Below, piece after piece: positions 46,101-55,966 of a DNA stretch of 64,000 nucleotides. Below the pieces are notes generated by a model. The model saw nothing but the letters and a program-made list of their open reading frames with translations. It was not told the origin of the DNA and ran no database searches. A program made the translations under genes and the position numbers. Origin of the DNA: Myxococcota bacterium (GTDB lineage: Bacteria > Myxococcota_A > UBA9160 > JAFDDA01). How positions within the stretch are numbered: position 1 is the stretch's first letter; every line of letters starts with the position of its first letter. The stretch covers positions 3,712,001 to 3,776,000 of the forward strand of contig OZ245817.1 of NCBI GenBank assembly GCA_965228475.1, in the 5' to 3' direction.

Positions 46101-49100
46101 TGCCCTCGCCTCGGGCCGGGGGACCTGGCAGTACGACACCGGGGGCGGGTTCACGGACATCGGCGCCGTGAACGCGACGAACGCGCTCCTCCTCCGCGCG
46201 ACGGATCGGATCCGCTTCGTCCCCGACGCCGAGAACGCGGACACCGCCTCCTTCGACTTCCGCGCCTGGGACCAGACCTCGGGCGCGGCCGGAACGAAGG
46301 TCGACGCCAGCACCACCGGCGGAACGACCGCCTTCTCGGACGGTGAGAACACCGCCGGGATCACCGTCACGGCGGTGAACGACGCGCCGACCCTCGCTTC
46401 GGGCGTCCGCGCCACGCTGAATGCGGTCAGCGAAGACGCCGGGGCGCCGGTGGGCGCCGTCGGCACCCTCGTCACGAGCCTGGTGGACGTCGCGGGAGGC
46501 GGCGGCCTCGACAACTACGCCGACGTCGACGCGACGACCGCGGTCGGCATCGCGATCACCAACTCGAAGTTCGCCGACGGAACGTGGTACTTCACGACCG
46601 ACGGCGGCGCGAGCTGGAACCTGCTCGGAACGCCGAACAACAACAACGCCCGGCTCCTCTCGGCGGATGCGCTGACGCGCGTGTACTTCCAGCCGAACCC
46701 GGACTTCGAGGGCACGATCGAGAACGCGATCCGCTTCCGCGCCTGGGACGGGAGCACCGGCGTCGCCGGCGGCATCGCCGACAGCACTCCGGCGGGCGGA
46801 ACGACCGCCTTCAGCAGCGTGAAGAACGGCGCGGACCTGACCGTCACCGCCGTGAACGACGCACCGGTCCTCGACGCAAGTGGAAACATGGTCCTGGCGG
46901 ACGTGGCCCAGGACGACGCCGACCCGCCGGGCACCTCCGTCCTCGGCATCATCGCCAGCGCCGGGGGCGACCGCATCACCGACGCCGACGCGGGCGCCTC
47001 CGAAGGCATCGCCGTCACGGGCGTCGACGACACGAACGGCACCTGGCACTACTCGACGAACGGCGGAGGGGCCTGGATCTCCTTCGCGGCCCAGGGCGTC
47101 TCGGACGGCGGCACGGACGACGCCAATGCCGTCCTGCTCGACACGACGGTCCTCGTTCGCTTCGTGCCCGACGCCGCCTACGTCGGCACCGCGGGCACGA
47201 TCACCTTCCGCGCCTGGGACCAGACCTCCGGCGCGAACGGCGACGTCGGCGTGGACGTCTCGACGAACGGCGGCACCACCGCCTTCAGCACCGCGACCGA
47301 GACCGCGACGCTCGGCGTGAACGCTCCCGTCGGGGTCGACAACATCGTCCCGGGCCCCCAGAACGTCGACGAGGACGGCACGCTCGTGTTCTCCGTCGCG
47401 AACGGCAACTCGATCACCGTGAGCGGCGGCGGCGCCGGCGATGCGACCCTGCGCGTCGTCGTCTCCGTGACGAACGGCGCCTTCACCCTGGCCGGAACCG
47501 TCGGCCTCGCCTCCGTCTCGGGAAACGGAACCGCCTCCGTCACGATGACGGGCTCGAGCGCCGCGATCGACGCCGCCCTCGCAGGGGCGAGCTACCAGCC
47601 GACCGGCGACTACGCCGGAGCGGCGAACGTACAGATCGAAACCACCCTGGCGAGCCTCGAGGGGCACTACACCTTCGACGACACAGGCGACCTCGGGAAC
47701 GACGAGAGCCCCGCGGGCACGAACGACGGCACGGTCACCGGCGCCGTGGCCGGGGTCGACGCGGGCGCCCGCGACTCGATCCTCACCTTCGACGGGAACG
47801 ACCGCGTCGACATCACGGGCCGATTCGGCGATCCGGCCAACGTGACGCTCGCGACCTGGGTGAACCTGGACGCCGGGTTCCAGACGGACGACGTCATCAA
47901 CCTCGGAGGCGGCGTCGTTCTGACCGTGGACGAGACCGGCAACGGGGTGACCGGCCACTTCTGGGATGGCGCGGCGGAACAGCTCACCACTTCGGGAACC
48001 TTCATCGCCGGTACGGGCTGGCACCACGTCGCGTACACCTTCGACGACGGGGCGAACGAGCAGATCCTCTACATCGACGGCGTCGCGGTCAACACGACGA
48101 ACCACGCGGCCTCGATCTCCTACGGCCTCGACCCGGACTCCTACCTCGGGCACGACCCGCTGAACGCCGCCAACGCCCTCCACGGCAGCCTCGACGACGC
48201 TCGCGTCTACGACCGGGCCCTGACCGCCACCGAGGTGGCGGCCCTCGCCGCGGACTCGGCGCGCAGCAGCGACGCCATCGCGGTCACTGTCGACGCGGTG
48301 AACGATGCACCGGCCGGCACCGCCGGCTCCGTCGCCACGAACGAGGACACTCCCTACGTCTTCGAGGCCGTCGACTTCGGGTTCACGGATCCGGTCGAGG
48401 GCCACGCCTTCGCCGGGATCGTCGTCACCACGGCCCCCGGAGCCGGGACCCTGCGGAACGGAGGGGACGTGCTCACGGGCGGCGAGTTCGTGACCGCCGC
48501 GGAGATCGCGGCGGGCGACCTCGTCTTCACGCCGGCGGACGACGCCCACGGCCTCGCCTACACGAGCTTCACGTTCCAGGTCCGCGACGACGGCGGCACG
48601 GCGAACGGTGGCGTCGACACGGACCCCGTCGCGGACACGATGACGATCGACGTCACCCCGGTGAACGACGCGCCGGAAGGGACGAACGCCACGGTGGCAA
48701 CGCCCGAAGACACGGTCTTCACCTTCGCCACCGGCCACTTCGGCTTCAGCGACCCCGTGGAGGGGCACGCCTTCGACGGCATCATCGTGACCACGGTTCC
48801 GGGCGACGGGACGCTGCGGAACGGCGGCACGGTCCTCACGGGGGGAGAGTTCGTGAGCGCGGCTGCGATCGCCGCCAACGCCCTCACCTTCACGCCGGCG
48901 CCCGAGGAGAGCGGCGCGGCCTACGCGAGCTTCACGTTCCAGGTGCAGGACGCCGGCGGCACCACGAACGGCGGCGTCGCCCTCGACCCGACGGCCAACA
49001 CGATCACCATCGACGTCACCAGCGCGAACGACGCGCCGGTCCTCACCCCGGGTGGCTCGGCCCTGACCGGCATCACCGAGGACCAGCAGAACAACGCGGG

Positions 49101-51111
49101 CGACACCGTCGCGGACATCGCCGGCGGAGCCATCACCGACGCCGATGCGGGTGCCGTCGAGGGCATCGCCATCACCTCCCTCGTGAGCGGCACCGGGACC
49201 TGGCAGTTCTCGCTGAACGGCGGCGTCGACTGGAACGCGATCCCCGCCGTCAGCAACGCCAACGCCCTCCTGCTGCGTGCCACGGACCGGGTCCGCTTCG
49301 TCCCGGACGGCCAGAACGCCACGAACCCCTCCTTCACCTTCCGCGCCTGGGACCAGACGTCCGGGCTCGCGGGGAACCAGGTGGACGCGGGCGCCGGCGG
49401 CGGAGCCAGCGCCTTCTCCGCGGCGACCGACGTGGCGACGATCGCGGTGACCGACGTCAACGACGCGCCGACCCTCGCCCCGGGTGCCCCCTCTCTCGGC
49501 GTGATGACCGAGGACGCCGGCGCGACCCCGGGAACCCTCGTCGGGACGGTGCTCGGCGCCTCGATGAGCGACATCGACGCCGTCGCCCCGGAAGGCATCG
49601 CGGTGACCGCCCTCTCCGGCGCGAACGGCACCTGGGAGTTCTCCACCAACGGCGGCGCTTCCTGGAACGCCATCGGTTCGGTCGCCGCCAACAACGCCCT
49701 GCTCCTCCGCGACACCGATCGGATCCGCTTCCGCCCCAACGGCACGAACGGGACGGCCGCGACCCTCGGCTACCACGCGTGGGACCAGAGCACCGGTGCC
49801 GCCGGCATCAAGACCAACGCCTCGGTCCGAGGCGGCACGACCGCCTACTCGACCGCCGGCGACACCCTCCAGCTGACGGTCTCGAGCGTCAACGATGCGC
49901 CGAGCATCGGAGGGGCGACCCTGGCTTCGGTGCCCGGCGGAACGGCCGACCCGCCGGGCGCGAGCGTCGCGGGACTGTTCGGCCCGACCCATGCCGATGT
50001 CGACGCCGGCGCGAGCTTCGCCGGCATCGCCGTCGTCGGAAACGGCGCCAACGCAGGCACCGAAGGCACCTGGCAGTACTCGACCGACTCGGGTGCGAAC
50101 TGGTTCGACGTCGGCACGGTGGCCGACGGTGCGACGGCGCTCGCTCTGCCGTCGACGTCCCTGCTCCGCTTCGTTCCCGCCGCGGGGTTCGAAGGCGAGC
50201 CGGCCTCGCTCTCGGTCCGGAGCCTCGACGACACCTTCGCCGGCGCGTTCTCCTCGACCGCCGGTGGCACCGAGAGCCGACAGTTCGCCGACACGACGGG
50301 CGCCGGAGGCACGAGCGCGATCTCCGGCAACGTGGGCAGCCTCGCCACGATGATCGGGGAGGCGGAGCCGCCGCCCGAACCGCCGCCGGCTCCGCCGCCC
50401 GACCTCGAGCCGCCGGAACCCGGAGAGGATCCCGAGCCCGAGGAGGAACCGGAACCCGAACCCGAGGAGACCCCCGAGCCCGAAACCCCGGAGCCGGGCG
50501 ACTCCGGCGCCCTCCCCGGGGATGGGATCATGCCCCCGCCCCTGGATTCGGAAGAGGATGCACCGCCCGCGCCCGAACTCGCCCCGCCGGCGCCCGTCTA
50601 CTCGATCGACACCGACCTCGATGAAGGCGGCACGGACGGAGACCCGGGAACCCGGCCGGGCGACGACTCCTTCCGGCGCGGACCGCGCGAAGCGGCCGGC
50701 GACCGCGTCGAGTTCCGTCAGCTCACCATCGAGACGGTCCGTAACCTCTTGAACGGCGGGTTCGACTTCCTCTCCGAGGGGGCCGGCCTGCTCGAGGAAC
50801 TCGACCGCTTCAAGGAAGAGGCCGAGGTGAAGACGCTGATCGAGAACGCGGTCGCCGGCTCGAGCGCGGCCGTGAGCGCCGGCCTCTCCCTCGGCTACGT
50901 CGTCTGGCTGACGCGCGGGGGCCTGCTCCTCGCGAGCTTCGCCTCCTCGATGCCCGCCTGGCGCCTGGTCGACCCGATCCCGATCCTCGCGAGCCTCGCG
51001 GTGCAGCAGGAGGGTGAGGACGAGTCCCTCGAGAGCCTCGTCGACGCGAGCGCCGAAGAAGATTCCGATGGCGAGGCCGGGCGGCCGAAGAGCCAGGGCG
51101 AGGTCCACTGA
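43147..51111 (+). CDS. Giant (2654 aa) repeat-rich surface protein, putative adhesin
   Basis: LEPRILL leader; DUF4347-like region (ELVFID..VVSHG..LLLYGC..DVAAS.D.TG..GGDWELE); WDG repeats; NDAP-bounded repeats; LamG-like (WHHVA..YIDG..LDD.RVY.RALT); Pro/Glu linker; C-terminal hydrophobic motif. Confidence 0.92.
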   Translation: MMRRRRAGSGAGRARRARVEALEPRILLSADFPGLEALLAPEETAPLELRMPETDASPQLEQSVRRELVFIDPRVENADALIADLTSRNDRERRIEVVTLDAARDGVAQIRDVLARSEEPVDAVHVVSHGTDSGFQLGATWLTRDNVADHADSLARWNETLAEDADLLLYGCNLASAPDGQALVGSLARLTGADVAASTDLTGSARQGGDWELEYTEGRVESTVAFSAQARTSWAGLLDGTAIWAQNGQTTPLTSAFDGTSFGPTGPTVDVGHEWNVIAGAESPDRDEAIVAGIGDDGNLVGMVWDGTAWTTSDPLGIGVPNITETERWAIDVTYESASGDAILVWSSGSTQILGQEIWYATWNGTNWSLPKGLNAPAGVEINQIRLASNPNSDEVVLVASNEDYEDYAFVWDGSNWGNAITLHDGNNVPDNQDVQIVYEQQSGHAMAVWAENNPNLRYRIWDGASWSAEQNLTKPGGVNGKVISIAVAADPTSDRIVLGAVTEDNETWLAAWDGGSWDPSVLATSDSPHTDRLGVAVAFESTSGEALAAYATTADEVRFRTWSTGGGWSGESVGPDIGAQPNVLTLDADPESDSIMLSVVADDRDIWFAHWDGGSFVSATELETDATTNAGQPFLFLWDAGETAPNTAPVLTPGGAALTGIDEDDLANGGDLVSAIVGAAIADPDGGAAEGIAIFGLASGNGTWEYSTTGGVSWNAVGAVDPTNALVLRSTDRVRFVPDGENGTSPSFDFRAWDQTDGSSAGDKVDVTTNGGTSAFSAASDTATIAVASVNDAPVLAPASPALAGIAEDDLNNAGDLVSDLLGGTLSDVDAVTLQGIAITAVASGNGTWQFSTNGGGAWSNVGAVDASNALLLRSTDRVRFVPDGQNADTASFDFLGWDQTSGAFGTKADASTTGGTTAFSDDANTATVTVTATNDAPVLAAATPSLTTIDEDETGNPGDLVSDILGGSVTDGDAGALQGIAITALASGRGTWQYDTGGGFTDIGAVNATNALLLRATDRIRFVPDAENADTASFDFRAWDQTSGAAGTKVDASTTGGTTAFSDGENTAGITVTAVNDAPTLASGVRATLNAVSEDAGAPVGAVGTLVTSLVDVAGGGGLDNYADVDATTAVGIAITNSKFADGTWYFTTDGGASWNLLGTPNNNNARLLSADALTRVYFQPNPDFEGTIENAIRFRAWDGSTGVAGGIADSTPAGGTTAFSSVKNGADLTVTAVNDAPVLDASGNMVLADVAQDDADPPGTSVLGIIASAGGDRITDADAGASEGIAVTGVDDTNGTWHYSTNGGGAWISFAAQGVSDGGTDDANAVLLDTTVLVRFVPDAAYVGTAGTITFRAWDQTSGANGDVGVDVSTNGGTTAFSTATETATLGVNAPVGVDNIVPGPQNVDEDGTLVFSVANGNSITVSGGGAGDATLRVVVSVTNGAFTLAGTVGLASVSGNGTASVTMTGSSAAIDAALAGASYQPTGDYAGAANVQIETTLASLEGHYTFDDTGDLGNDESPAGTNDGTVTGAVAGVDAGARDSILTFDGNDRVDITGRFGDPANVTLATWVNLDAGFQTDDVINLGGGVVLTVDETGNGVTGHFWDGAAEQLTTSGTFIAGTGWHHVAYTFDDGANEQILYIDGVAVNTTNHAASISYGLDPDSYLGHDPLNAANALHGSLDDARVYDRALTATEVAALAADSARSSDAIAVTVDAVNDAPAGTAGSVATNEDTPYVFEAVDFGFTDPVEGHAFAGIVVTTAPGAGTLRNGGDVLTGGEFVTAAEIAAGDLVFTPADDAHGLAYTSFTFQVRDDGGTANGGVDTDPVADTMTIDVTPVNDAPEGTNATVATPEDTVFTFATGHFGFSDPVEGHAFDGIIVTTVPGDGTLRNGGTVLTGGEFVSAAAIAANALTFTPAPEESGAAYASFTFQVQDAGGTTNGGVALDPTANTITIDVTSANDAPVLTPGGSALTGITEDQQNNAGDTVADIAGGAITDADAGAVEGIAITSLVSGTGTWQFSLNGGVDWNAIPAVSNANALLLRATDRVRFVPDGQNATNPSFTFRAWDQTSGLAGNQVDAGAGGGASAFSAATDVATIAVTDVNDAPTLAPGAPSLGVMTEDAGATPGTLVGTVLGASMSDIDAVAPEGIAVTALSGANGTWEFSTNGGASWNAIGSVAANNALLLRDTDRIRFRPNGTNGTAATLGYHAWDQSTGAAGIKTNASVRGGTTAYSTAGDTLQLTVSSVNDAPSIGGATLASVPGGTADPPGASVAGLFGPTHADVDAGASFAGIAVVGNGANAGTEGTWQYSTDSGANWFDVGTVADGATALALPSTSLLRFVPAAGFEGEPASLSVRSLDDTFAGAFSSTAGGTESRQFADTTGAGGTSAISGNVGSLATMIGEAEPPPEPPPAPPPDLEPPEPGEDPEPEEEPEPEPEETPEPETPEPGDSGALPGDGIMPPPLDSEEDAPPAPELAPPAPVYSIDTDLDEGGTDGDPGTRPGDDSFRRGPREAAGDRVEFRQLTIETVRNLLNGGFDFLSEGAGLLEELDRFKEEAEVKTLIENAVAGSSAAVSAGLSLGYVVWLTRGGLLLASFASSMPAWRLVDPIPILASLAVQQEGEDESLESLVDASAEEDSDGEAGRPKSQGEVH
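45085..50352 (+). repeat. Intragenic domain repeats: 8 of about 145-160 aa and 2 of about 121 aa
   Basis: Long units start at NxAP at 45085, 45520, 45952, 46378, 46855, 49027, 49459, 49891 (GIA..GTW.YS..GG.W..RFVP..FRAWD pattern); short units at 48301 and 48664 ([24 protein letters not shown]). Confidence 0.85.
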
Positions 51112-51113
51112 CC

Positions 51114-54100
51114 ATGCGCCCGATCGGAGCCACCACCCACATCGCCCTCGGCCAGACGCTCCTGCTGCTGAGCGTCCTGCTGGCCGCGCTGCTGATCGGC
51201 CTCGTGCCCGACCGCGAGGCGGCCCTGCGCGAAGGACGGACCGCCCTGGCCGAGTCCGTCGCCATCCAGGCCTCGGCGCTGGTCACGCGCTCGGACCGCC
51301 TCGCCCTCGAAGCCACGCTGCGCGCCACGGTCTCGCGCAACGAGAGCCTCCTCTCCGCCGCCCTGCGGCGCCAGGATGGCGTCGCCCTCGTCCGCGTGGG
51401 CGAGCATGACGCACGCTGGGACGACTCGACCGGCGAGGTCTCGACGGCGACCCAGATCGTCGTCCCGATCTGGTCGGCCGGGCGTCGCTGGGGCCGGATG
51501 GAGCTCCGCTTCGCACCGCTTGCCACCGGGGGGTTCCTCGGCGCCGCGAACAGCCCGACGGCAAAGCTCTTCGCCTTCATCGCCCTCGGAAGCTTCGCCG
51601 TCTTCTTCTTCTACCTGCGGAAGATGCTGCGCCACCTCGACCCCTCCCAGGCCGTGCCGCCGCACGTCCGCTCGGCGCTCGACACGCTCGCCGAGGGTCT
51701 GCTCGTGATCGACATGAAGCAGAACGTGGTGCTCGCGAACCAGGCCTTCGCCGAGCTGCTCGGCGAGCGGCCGGAGGAGCTGCTCGGCCGCAACGCCTCG
51801 GAGCTCGATTGGCACCGGCCCGAGGGCATGCTCGAGGAGGAGCCCTACCCCTGGCTGCGCGCGCTCTCGGAGGGCTGCCCCCAGCGCAACGACCTGATCC
51901 TGTTCCGGAACCCCGAGGGCGAGCTGCGGACGTTCCTCGTGAACTGCTCCCCCGTCCTCGGGAGCGGCGGCGAGTACGGCGGCGTGCTGATCAGCCTCGA
52001 CGACGTGACCCAGCTCGAGGAACACAAGGTCCAGCTGGCCCAGGCGAAGGAAGAGGCGGAGGCCGCGAACCAGGCGAAGAGCGACTTCCTCGCCAACATG
52101 AGTCACGAGATCCGCACGCCGATGAACGCGATCCTCGGCTTCACGGACGTTCTGCGCCGCGGCATGGGCAAGAGCGAGGCCGATCGGCAGAAGCACCTCG
52201 AAACGATCCATGCGAGCGGCGAGCACCTGCTCCAGCTCATCAACGACGTGCTCGACCTCTCGAAGGTCGAGGCCGGACGGCTCGAGGTCGAGCGCATCCC
52301 CTTCGCGCCGCATCTGCTCGTTCAGGAAGTGGCAAAGGTGCTCGGCGTGAAGGCGCGCGAGAAGGGTATCGGCCTCGACGTCGAGTTCAGCGGCGTCATC
52401 CCCGAGACGATGACCTCGGACCCGACGCGCCTGCGCCAGATCGTCACCAACCTGCTGTCGAACGCCATCAAGTTCACGGAGCAGGGCGGCGTCACGGTCC
52501 GCGCGCGGCTCGATCGGGAGGGCCCGGAGCCGGCCTTCGTGCTCGACGTCGCCGACACGGGCGTCGGGATGCCGCCCGAGGCGCTCGACTCGATCTTCGA
52601 GGCCTTCGTCCAGGCGGACACCTCGGTTACGCGGAAGTTCGGCGGCACCGGCCTCGGCCTCGACATCAGCCGCCGCTTCGCCCGCCTGATGGGCGGCGAC
52701 ATCACCGTCACGAGCGAAGTCGGGCGCGGCAGCACGTTCACCGTCCGCCTCGACCCGGGCCCCCTCGAGGAGGTCCGGCTGCTCGATCCGGAAGAAGCGC
52801 AGGCCGCGACGGCGAAGGCCGACGCGGAGGAAGACGGACACTGGGTCTTCCCCTCGCGGCGGATCCTCGTGGTCGACGACGGCGACGAGAACCGCGAACT
52901 CGTCCGGCTCGTCCTGAACGAGGCGGGCCTCGAGGTCGCCGAGGCCGAGAACGGCCAGGTCGGCGTCGACCGCGCCTGCGCCGAGCGCTTCGACCTCATC
53001 CTGATGGACATGCAGATGCCCGTCATGGACGGCTACACGGCGACGGCGACGCTCCGCGAACGCGGGCACGACCTCCCGATCCTCGCCCTCACCGCCAACG
53101 CGATGAAGGGCTTCGAAGAGAAGTGCCTCGATGCCGGTTGCAGCGGCTTCCTGACCAAACCGATCGACATCGACCTCCTGCTGGCGACGCTGGCCGAACG
53201 TCTGGGTGGCGAACGCCGGCCCGGGCCGGCACCGGGCAGCGTGCCTCCGGCGGAGACCGCGGACGCCGCCGCGTCCGAACCGGCGCTCGGGCCGATCGTC
53301 TCGCGCCTCGCCGGGAACCCGAAGCTGCGGCCGACGATCGAGAAGTTCACGGTACGCGTGGCGGAGCAGCTCGACGCCATGGACGCCGCCCTCACGGCGG
53401 CGAACTTCGAGGCGCTCGCGGGCCTCGGACACTGGCTGAAGGGTGCCGGCGGAACCGTCGGGTTCGATGCCTTCACCGAGCCGGCCAAGCGCTTCGAAGA
53501 CCTGGCCCGCGAGAACGATGCCGCGGGGCTCGGGCCGGTGCTCGCCGAACTCCGAGCGCTCGCGGGACGCATCGTCGTCGACCCGGCGCCGGCGACGGCG
53601 GGCGCACCGCTCGTCTCCCGACTGGCTGGCAACCCGAAGCTCCTCCCGACGATCGAGAAGTTCGCGACGCGGATCCAGGAGAAGATCGAAGCGATGCAGG
53701 CCGCGCTCGACGCGGCGGACTTCGAGACCCTGGCCGGCCTCGGGCACTGGTTGAAGGGCGCCGGGGGTACGGTCGGCTTCGACGCCTTCACCGAGCCCGG
53801 CAAACGGCTCGAGGAGCTCGCCCGCGCCGGGCAGGCAGCGGCCCTCGCCGACGTGCTCGCGGAAGTCCGGGCTCTCGCGAGCCGCATCTCGACCCGCCCT
53901 GCGGACGACACCTCTCCGCCCCAGGAGCCGATCGCGACGAGCGGCCCTGCGACGGTCACGGCGCAAACCGCCCCGCCGCTGGCCGAAGGACCCGTCGTCT
54001 CCCGGCTTGCCGGAAACGCCAAGCTCCGCCCCACGGTCGAGAAGTTCGTCGCGCGCCTCGCCCAGCGGCTCGAGGCGATGGAGTCGAGCCTGGCGGAACG

Positions 54101-54293
54101 GGACTTCGAGGCGCTGGCGGGCCACGCCCACTGGCTCAAGGGCGCCGGCGGCACCGTGGGCTTCGATGCCTTCACCGGCCCCGCCGCCGTTCTCGAGCAG
54201 CAGGCCCGGGCCGGCAAGGCCTCCGAGATCGAAGCGACGATCGCCGATCTCCGCAGCCTGGCGGACCGGATCGAACTGGAGCCTTCCCCCTAG
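51114..54293 (+). CDS. Membrane hybrid histidine kinase: 2 TM, PAS, HisKA, HATPase, REC, 3x Hpt
   Basis: [41 protein letters not shown], three [11 protein letters not shown]. Confidence 0.93.
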   Translation: MRPIGATTHIALGQTLLLLSVLLAALLIGLVPDREAALREGRTALAESVAIQASALVTRSDRLALEATLRATVSRNESLLSAALRRQDGVALVRVGEHDARWDDSTGEVSTATQIVVPIWSAGRRWGRMELRFAPLATGGFLGAANSPTAKLFAFIALGSFAVFFFYLRKMLRHLDPSQAVPPHVRSALDTLAEGLLVIDMKQNVVLANQAFAELLGERPEELLGRNASELDWHRPEGMLEEEPYPWLRALSEGCPQRNDLILFRNPEGELRTFLVNCSPVLGSGGEYGGVLISLDDVTQLEEHKVQLAQAKEEAEAANQAKSDFLANMSHEIRTPMNAILGFTDVLRRGMGKSEADRQKHLETIHASGEHLLQLINDVLDLSKVEAGRLEVERIPFAPHLLVQEVAKVLGVKAREKGIGLDVEFSGVIPETMTSDPTRLRQIVTNLLSNAIKFTEQGGVTVRARLDREGPEPAFVLDVADTGVGMPPEALDSIFEAFVQADTSVTRKFGGTGLGLDISRRFARLMGGDITVTSEVGRGSTFTVRLDPGPLEEVRLLDPEEAQAATAKADAEEDGHWVFPSRRILVVDDGDENRELVRLVLNEAGLEVAEAENGQVGVDRACAERFDLILMDMQMPVMDGYTATATLRERGHDLPILALTANAMKGFEEKCLDAGCSGFLTKPIDIDLLLATLAERLGGERRPGPAPGSVPPAETADAAASEPALGPIVSRLAGNPKLRPTIEKFTVRVAEQLDAMDAALTAANFEALAGLGHWLKGAGGTVGFDAFTEPAKRFEDLARENDAAGLGPVLAELRALAGRIVVDPAPATAGAPLVSRLAGNPKLLPTIEKFATRIQEKIEAMQAALDAADFETLAGLGHWLKGAGGTVGFDAFTEPGKRLEELARAGQAAALADVLAEVRALASRISTRPADDTSPPQEPIATSGPATVTAQTAPPLAEGPVVSRLAGNAKLRPTVEKFVARLAQRLEAMESSLAERDFEALAGHAHWLKGAGGTVGFDAFTGPAAVLEQQARAGKASEIEATIADLRSLADRIELEPSP

Positions 54294-54326
54294 AACCCGC
54301 GTGCTCCGGTCCGGGTCGCGCGTCCC

Positions 54327-54355
54327 TCAAGTCGGCGCGCCCCGTTGGCCGAAAA
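54327..54355 (+). promoter_or_regulatory. Putative internal sigma28-type promoter
   Basis: TCAAG-N16-GCCGAAAA, spacer one nt longer than in the other copies. Confidence 0.5.
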
Positions 54356-54396
54356 GCACCCAGGGGACGCGCGGTCCCCGGAGAGAAGCCGAGACG

Positions 54397-55206
54397 ATGT
54401 CCCAGGGAAACGTGGCCGCCGCCGAAGACGCGCAGGCCTTCCAGAGCGCCACCATCGTCGTCGTCGACGACGAGCCGACCACGGTCGAGATGATCGAGAT
54501 GTTCCTCGAGGCCCAGGGCTACGAGAACGTCGTGGCGCTCTGCGATTCTTCGAAGGCGGTCGAGACGATCCGCCGGTCGAAGGCAGATCTCGTCCTGCTC
54601 GACCTGATGATGCCGGACGTCGGCGGCCTCGACATCCTGCGAACCCTGGCGGCGGACGAGGTCCTCTCCTCGATTCCCGTCGTGATCTTCTCCTCGACGA
54701 CCGACCGCGAAGCCAAGCTCGAAGCGCTCGAACTCGGTGCCGCCGAGTTCCTCGCCAAGCCCGTCGACCCGAGCGAGCTCGCCCTCCGCGTTCGCAACAC
54801 CCTCGCCTACCGCGCCTACCAGCAGCGCTTCGGCCACAAAAAGGGCGCCGCCCATCTGCTCGATCGCATGGACCGTGCCCTGCGCCGGAGCGGCCCGATG
54901 ATCCGCTCCCGGCTCGGGAGCGACCCGCGCTACCGCCCCACGATCGAGCGCTTCGTCGCGCGCCTCGACGAGCGCCTCGACTGGATGGAGAAACGCCTCG
55001 AGAACGAGCAGTTCGAAGAGCTCGCCACCCTCGCCCACTGGCTGAAGGGCTCCGCCACCATGGTCGGCTTCGAAGCGTTCTCCGAGCCGGCGGACACGCT
55101 CGAGATCCTCGCCAAGAAACAGCGCACCGAAGAGGCACAGGAAGTCCTCGAAGAGCTCCACTCCCTCGCGGAGCGCATCGTGGTGGACGACGGCACCGAT
55201 GACTGA
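54397..55206 (+). CDS. REC-Hpt phosphorelay protein
   Basis: VVDDE, LLDLMMP, FLAKP; C-terminal HWLKGSATMVG. Confidence 0.88.
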   Translation: MSQGNVAAAEDAQAFQSATIVVVDDEPTTVEMIEMFLEAQGYENVVALCDSSKAVETIRRSKADLVLLDLMMPDVGGLDILRTLAADEVLSSIPVVIFSSTTDREAKLEALELGAAEFLAKPVDPSELALRVRNTLAYRAYQQRFGHKKGAAHLLDRMDRALRRSGPMIRSRLGSDPRYRPTIERFVARLDERLDWMEKRLENEQFEELATLAHWLKGSATMVGFEAFSEPADTLEILAKKQRTEEAQEVLEELHSLAERIVVDDGTDD

Positions 55207-55966
55207 TCGCGCCCCCGTCGAAGAAGCCGTGCTCGAGAGCCTGAAGGCCGCGCGGATCCTGATGGTCGACGACGAGCCGACCACGCTCGACGTCCTCGAG
55301 ATGTTCCTCGAAGCCGACGGCTATCTCGAGATCGTGAAGCTCTGCGATCCGGGCAAGGCCCTCGAGACCGTGGTCCGGATGGACCCGGACATCGTCCTGC
55401 TGAACCTGATGATGCCCGAGGTGTCGGGCCTCGACGTGCTCGAAGCCATGCGGGCGAACGAGGCGGTGCGCGACATCCCCGTCGTGATCATCACCGGCTC
55501 GGGCGACCCCGAACAGAAGCGCAAGGCGCTCGAAGCGGGCGCCAGCGACTTCCTCGGCAAGCCCGTCGACCCGAGCGAGCTCACGCTCCGCGTAAGGAAC
55601 CTCCTTGCCACGCGGCCGTTCCGGGAGGGCGCCGAGTTCGTTCCGTCGAAGCCGTCCGCGAGCGACGGCCCCTTGTCCGAGGAGCGCGTTCGCCGGATCG
55701 TGGAGACGTTCCTCGACCGCCTGCGCCCGCGCCTCGACGAGATGGACGCCGCCCTGGCCTGCCAGGACTTCGTCACGCTCGCGGAGCTGGCCCACTGGCT
55801 GAAGGGCTCCGCGGGAACCGTCGGGATCCACGACTTCACGGAACCCGCCGAGTCGCTCGAGGAGAGCGCCCGGGTCCAGGATGCACTCGGCTGCGGCACC
55901 GCGATGCGCACCCTGCGCCAGCGCCTCGAGCGTGTCGACGGCCGCCAGGAGTCCACGCCGTGCTGA
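55199..55966 (+). CDS. Pseudo-REC (Asp to Asn) + Hpt protein
   Basis: MVDDE, LLNLMMP, FLGKP; HWLKGSAGTVG. Confidence 0.85.
   Translation: MTDRAPVEEAVLESLKAARILMVDDEPTTLDVLEMFLEADGYLEIVKLCDPGKALETVVRMDPDIVLLNLMMPEVSGLDVLEAMRANEAVRDIPVVIITGSGDPEQKRKALEAGASDFLGKPVDPSELTLRVRNLLATRPFREGAEFVPSKPSASDGPLSEERVRRIVETFLDRLRPRLDEMDAALACQDFVTLAELAHWLKGSAGTVGIHDFTEPAESLEESARVQDALGCGTAMRTLRQRLERVDGRQESTPC

Noticed and set aside
45085..50352. Repeats as a CRISPR array or mobile element
   Set aside because: They are in-frame, diverged protein domain repeats of 360-480 nt with no spacer structure, cas genes or transposase
50362..50500. Low-complexity GAGCCC/GAACCC repeats
   Set aside because: They encode the Pro/Glu linker; no sign of a phase-variable homopolymer or perfect tandem repeat
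43147..51111. Classical RTX/LapA type I adhesin
   Set aside because: No GGxGxD nonapeptide repeats, ABC transporter or LapD/LapG seen in the window
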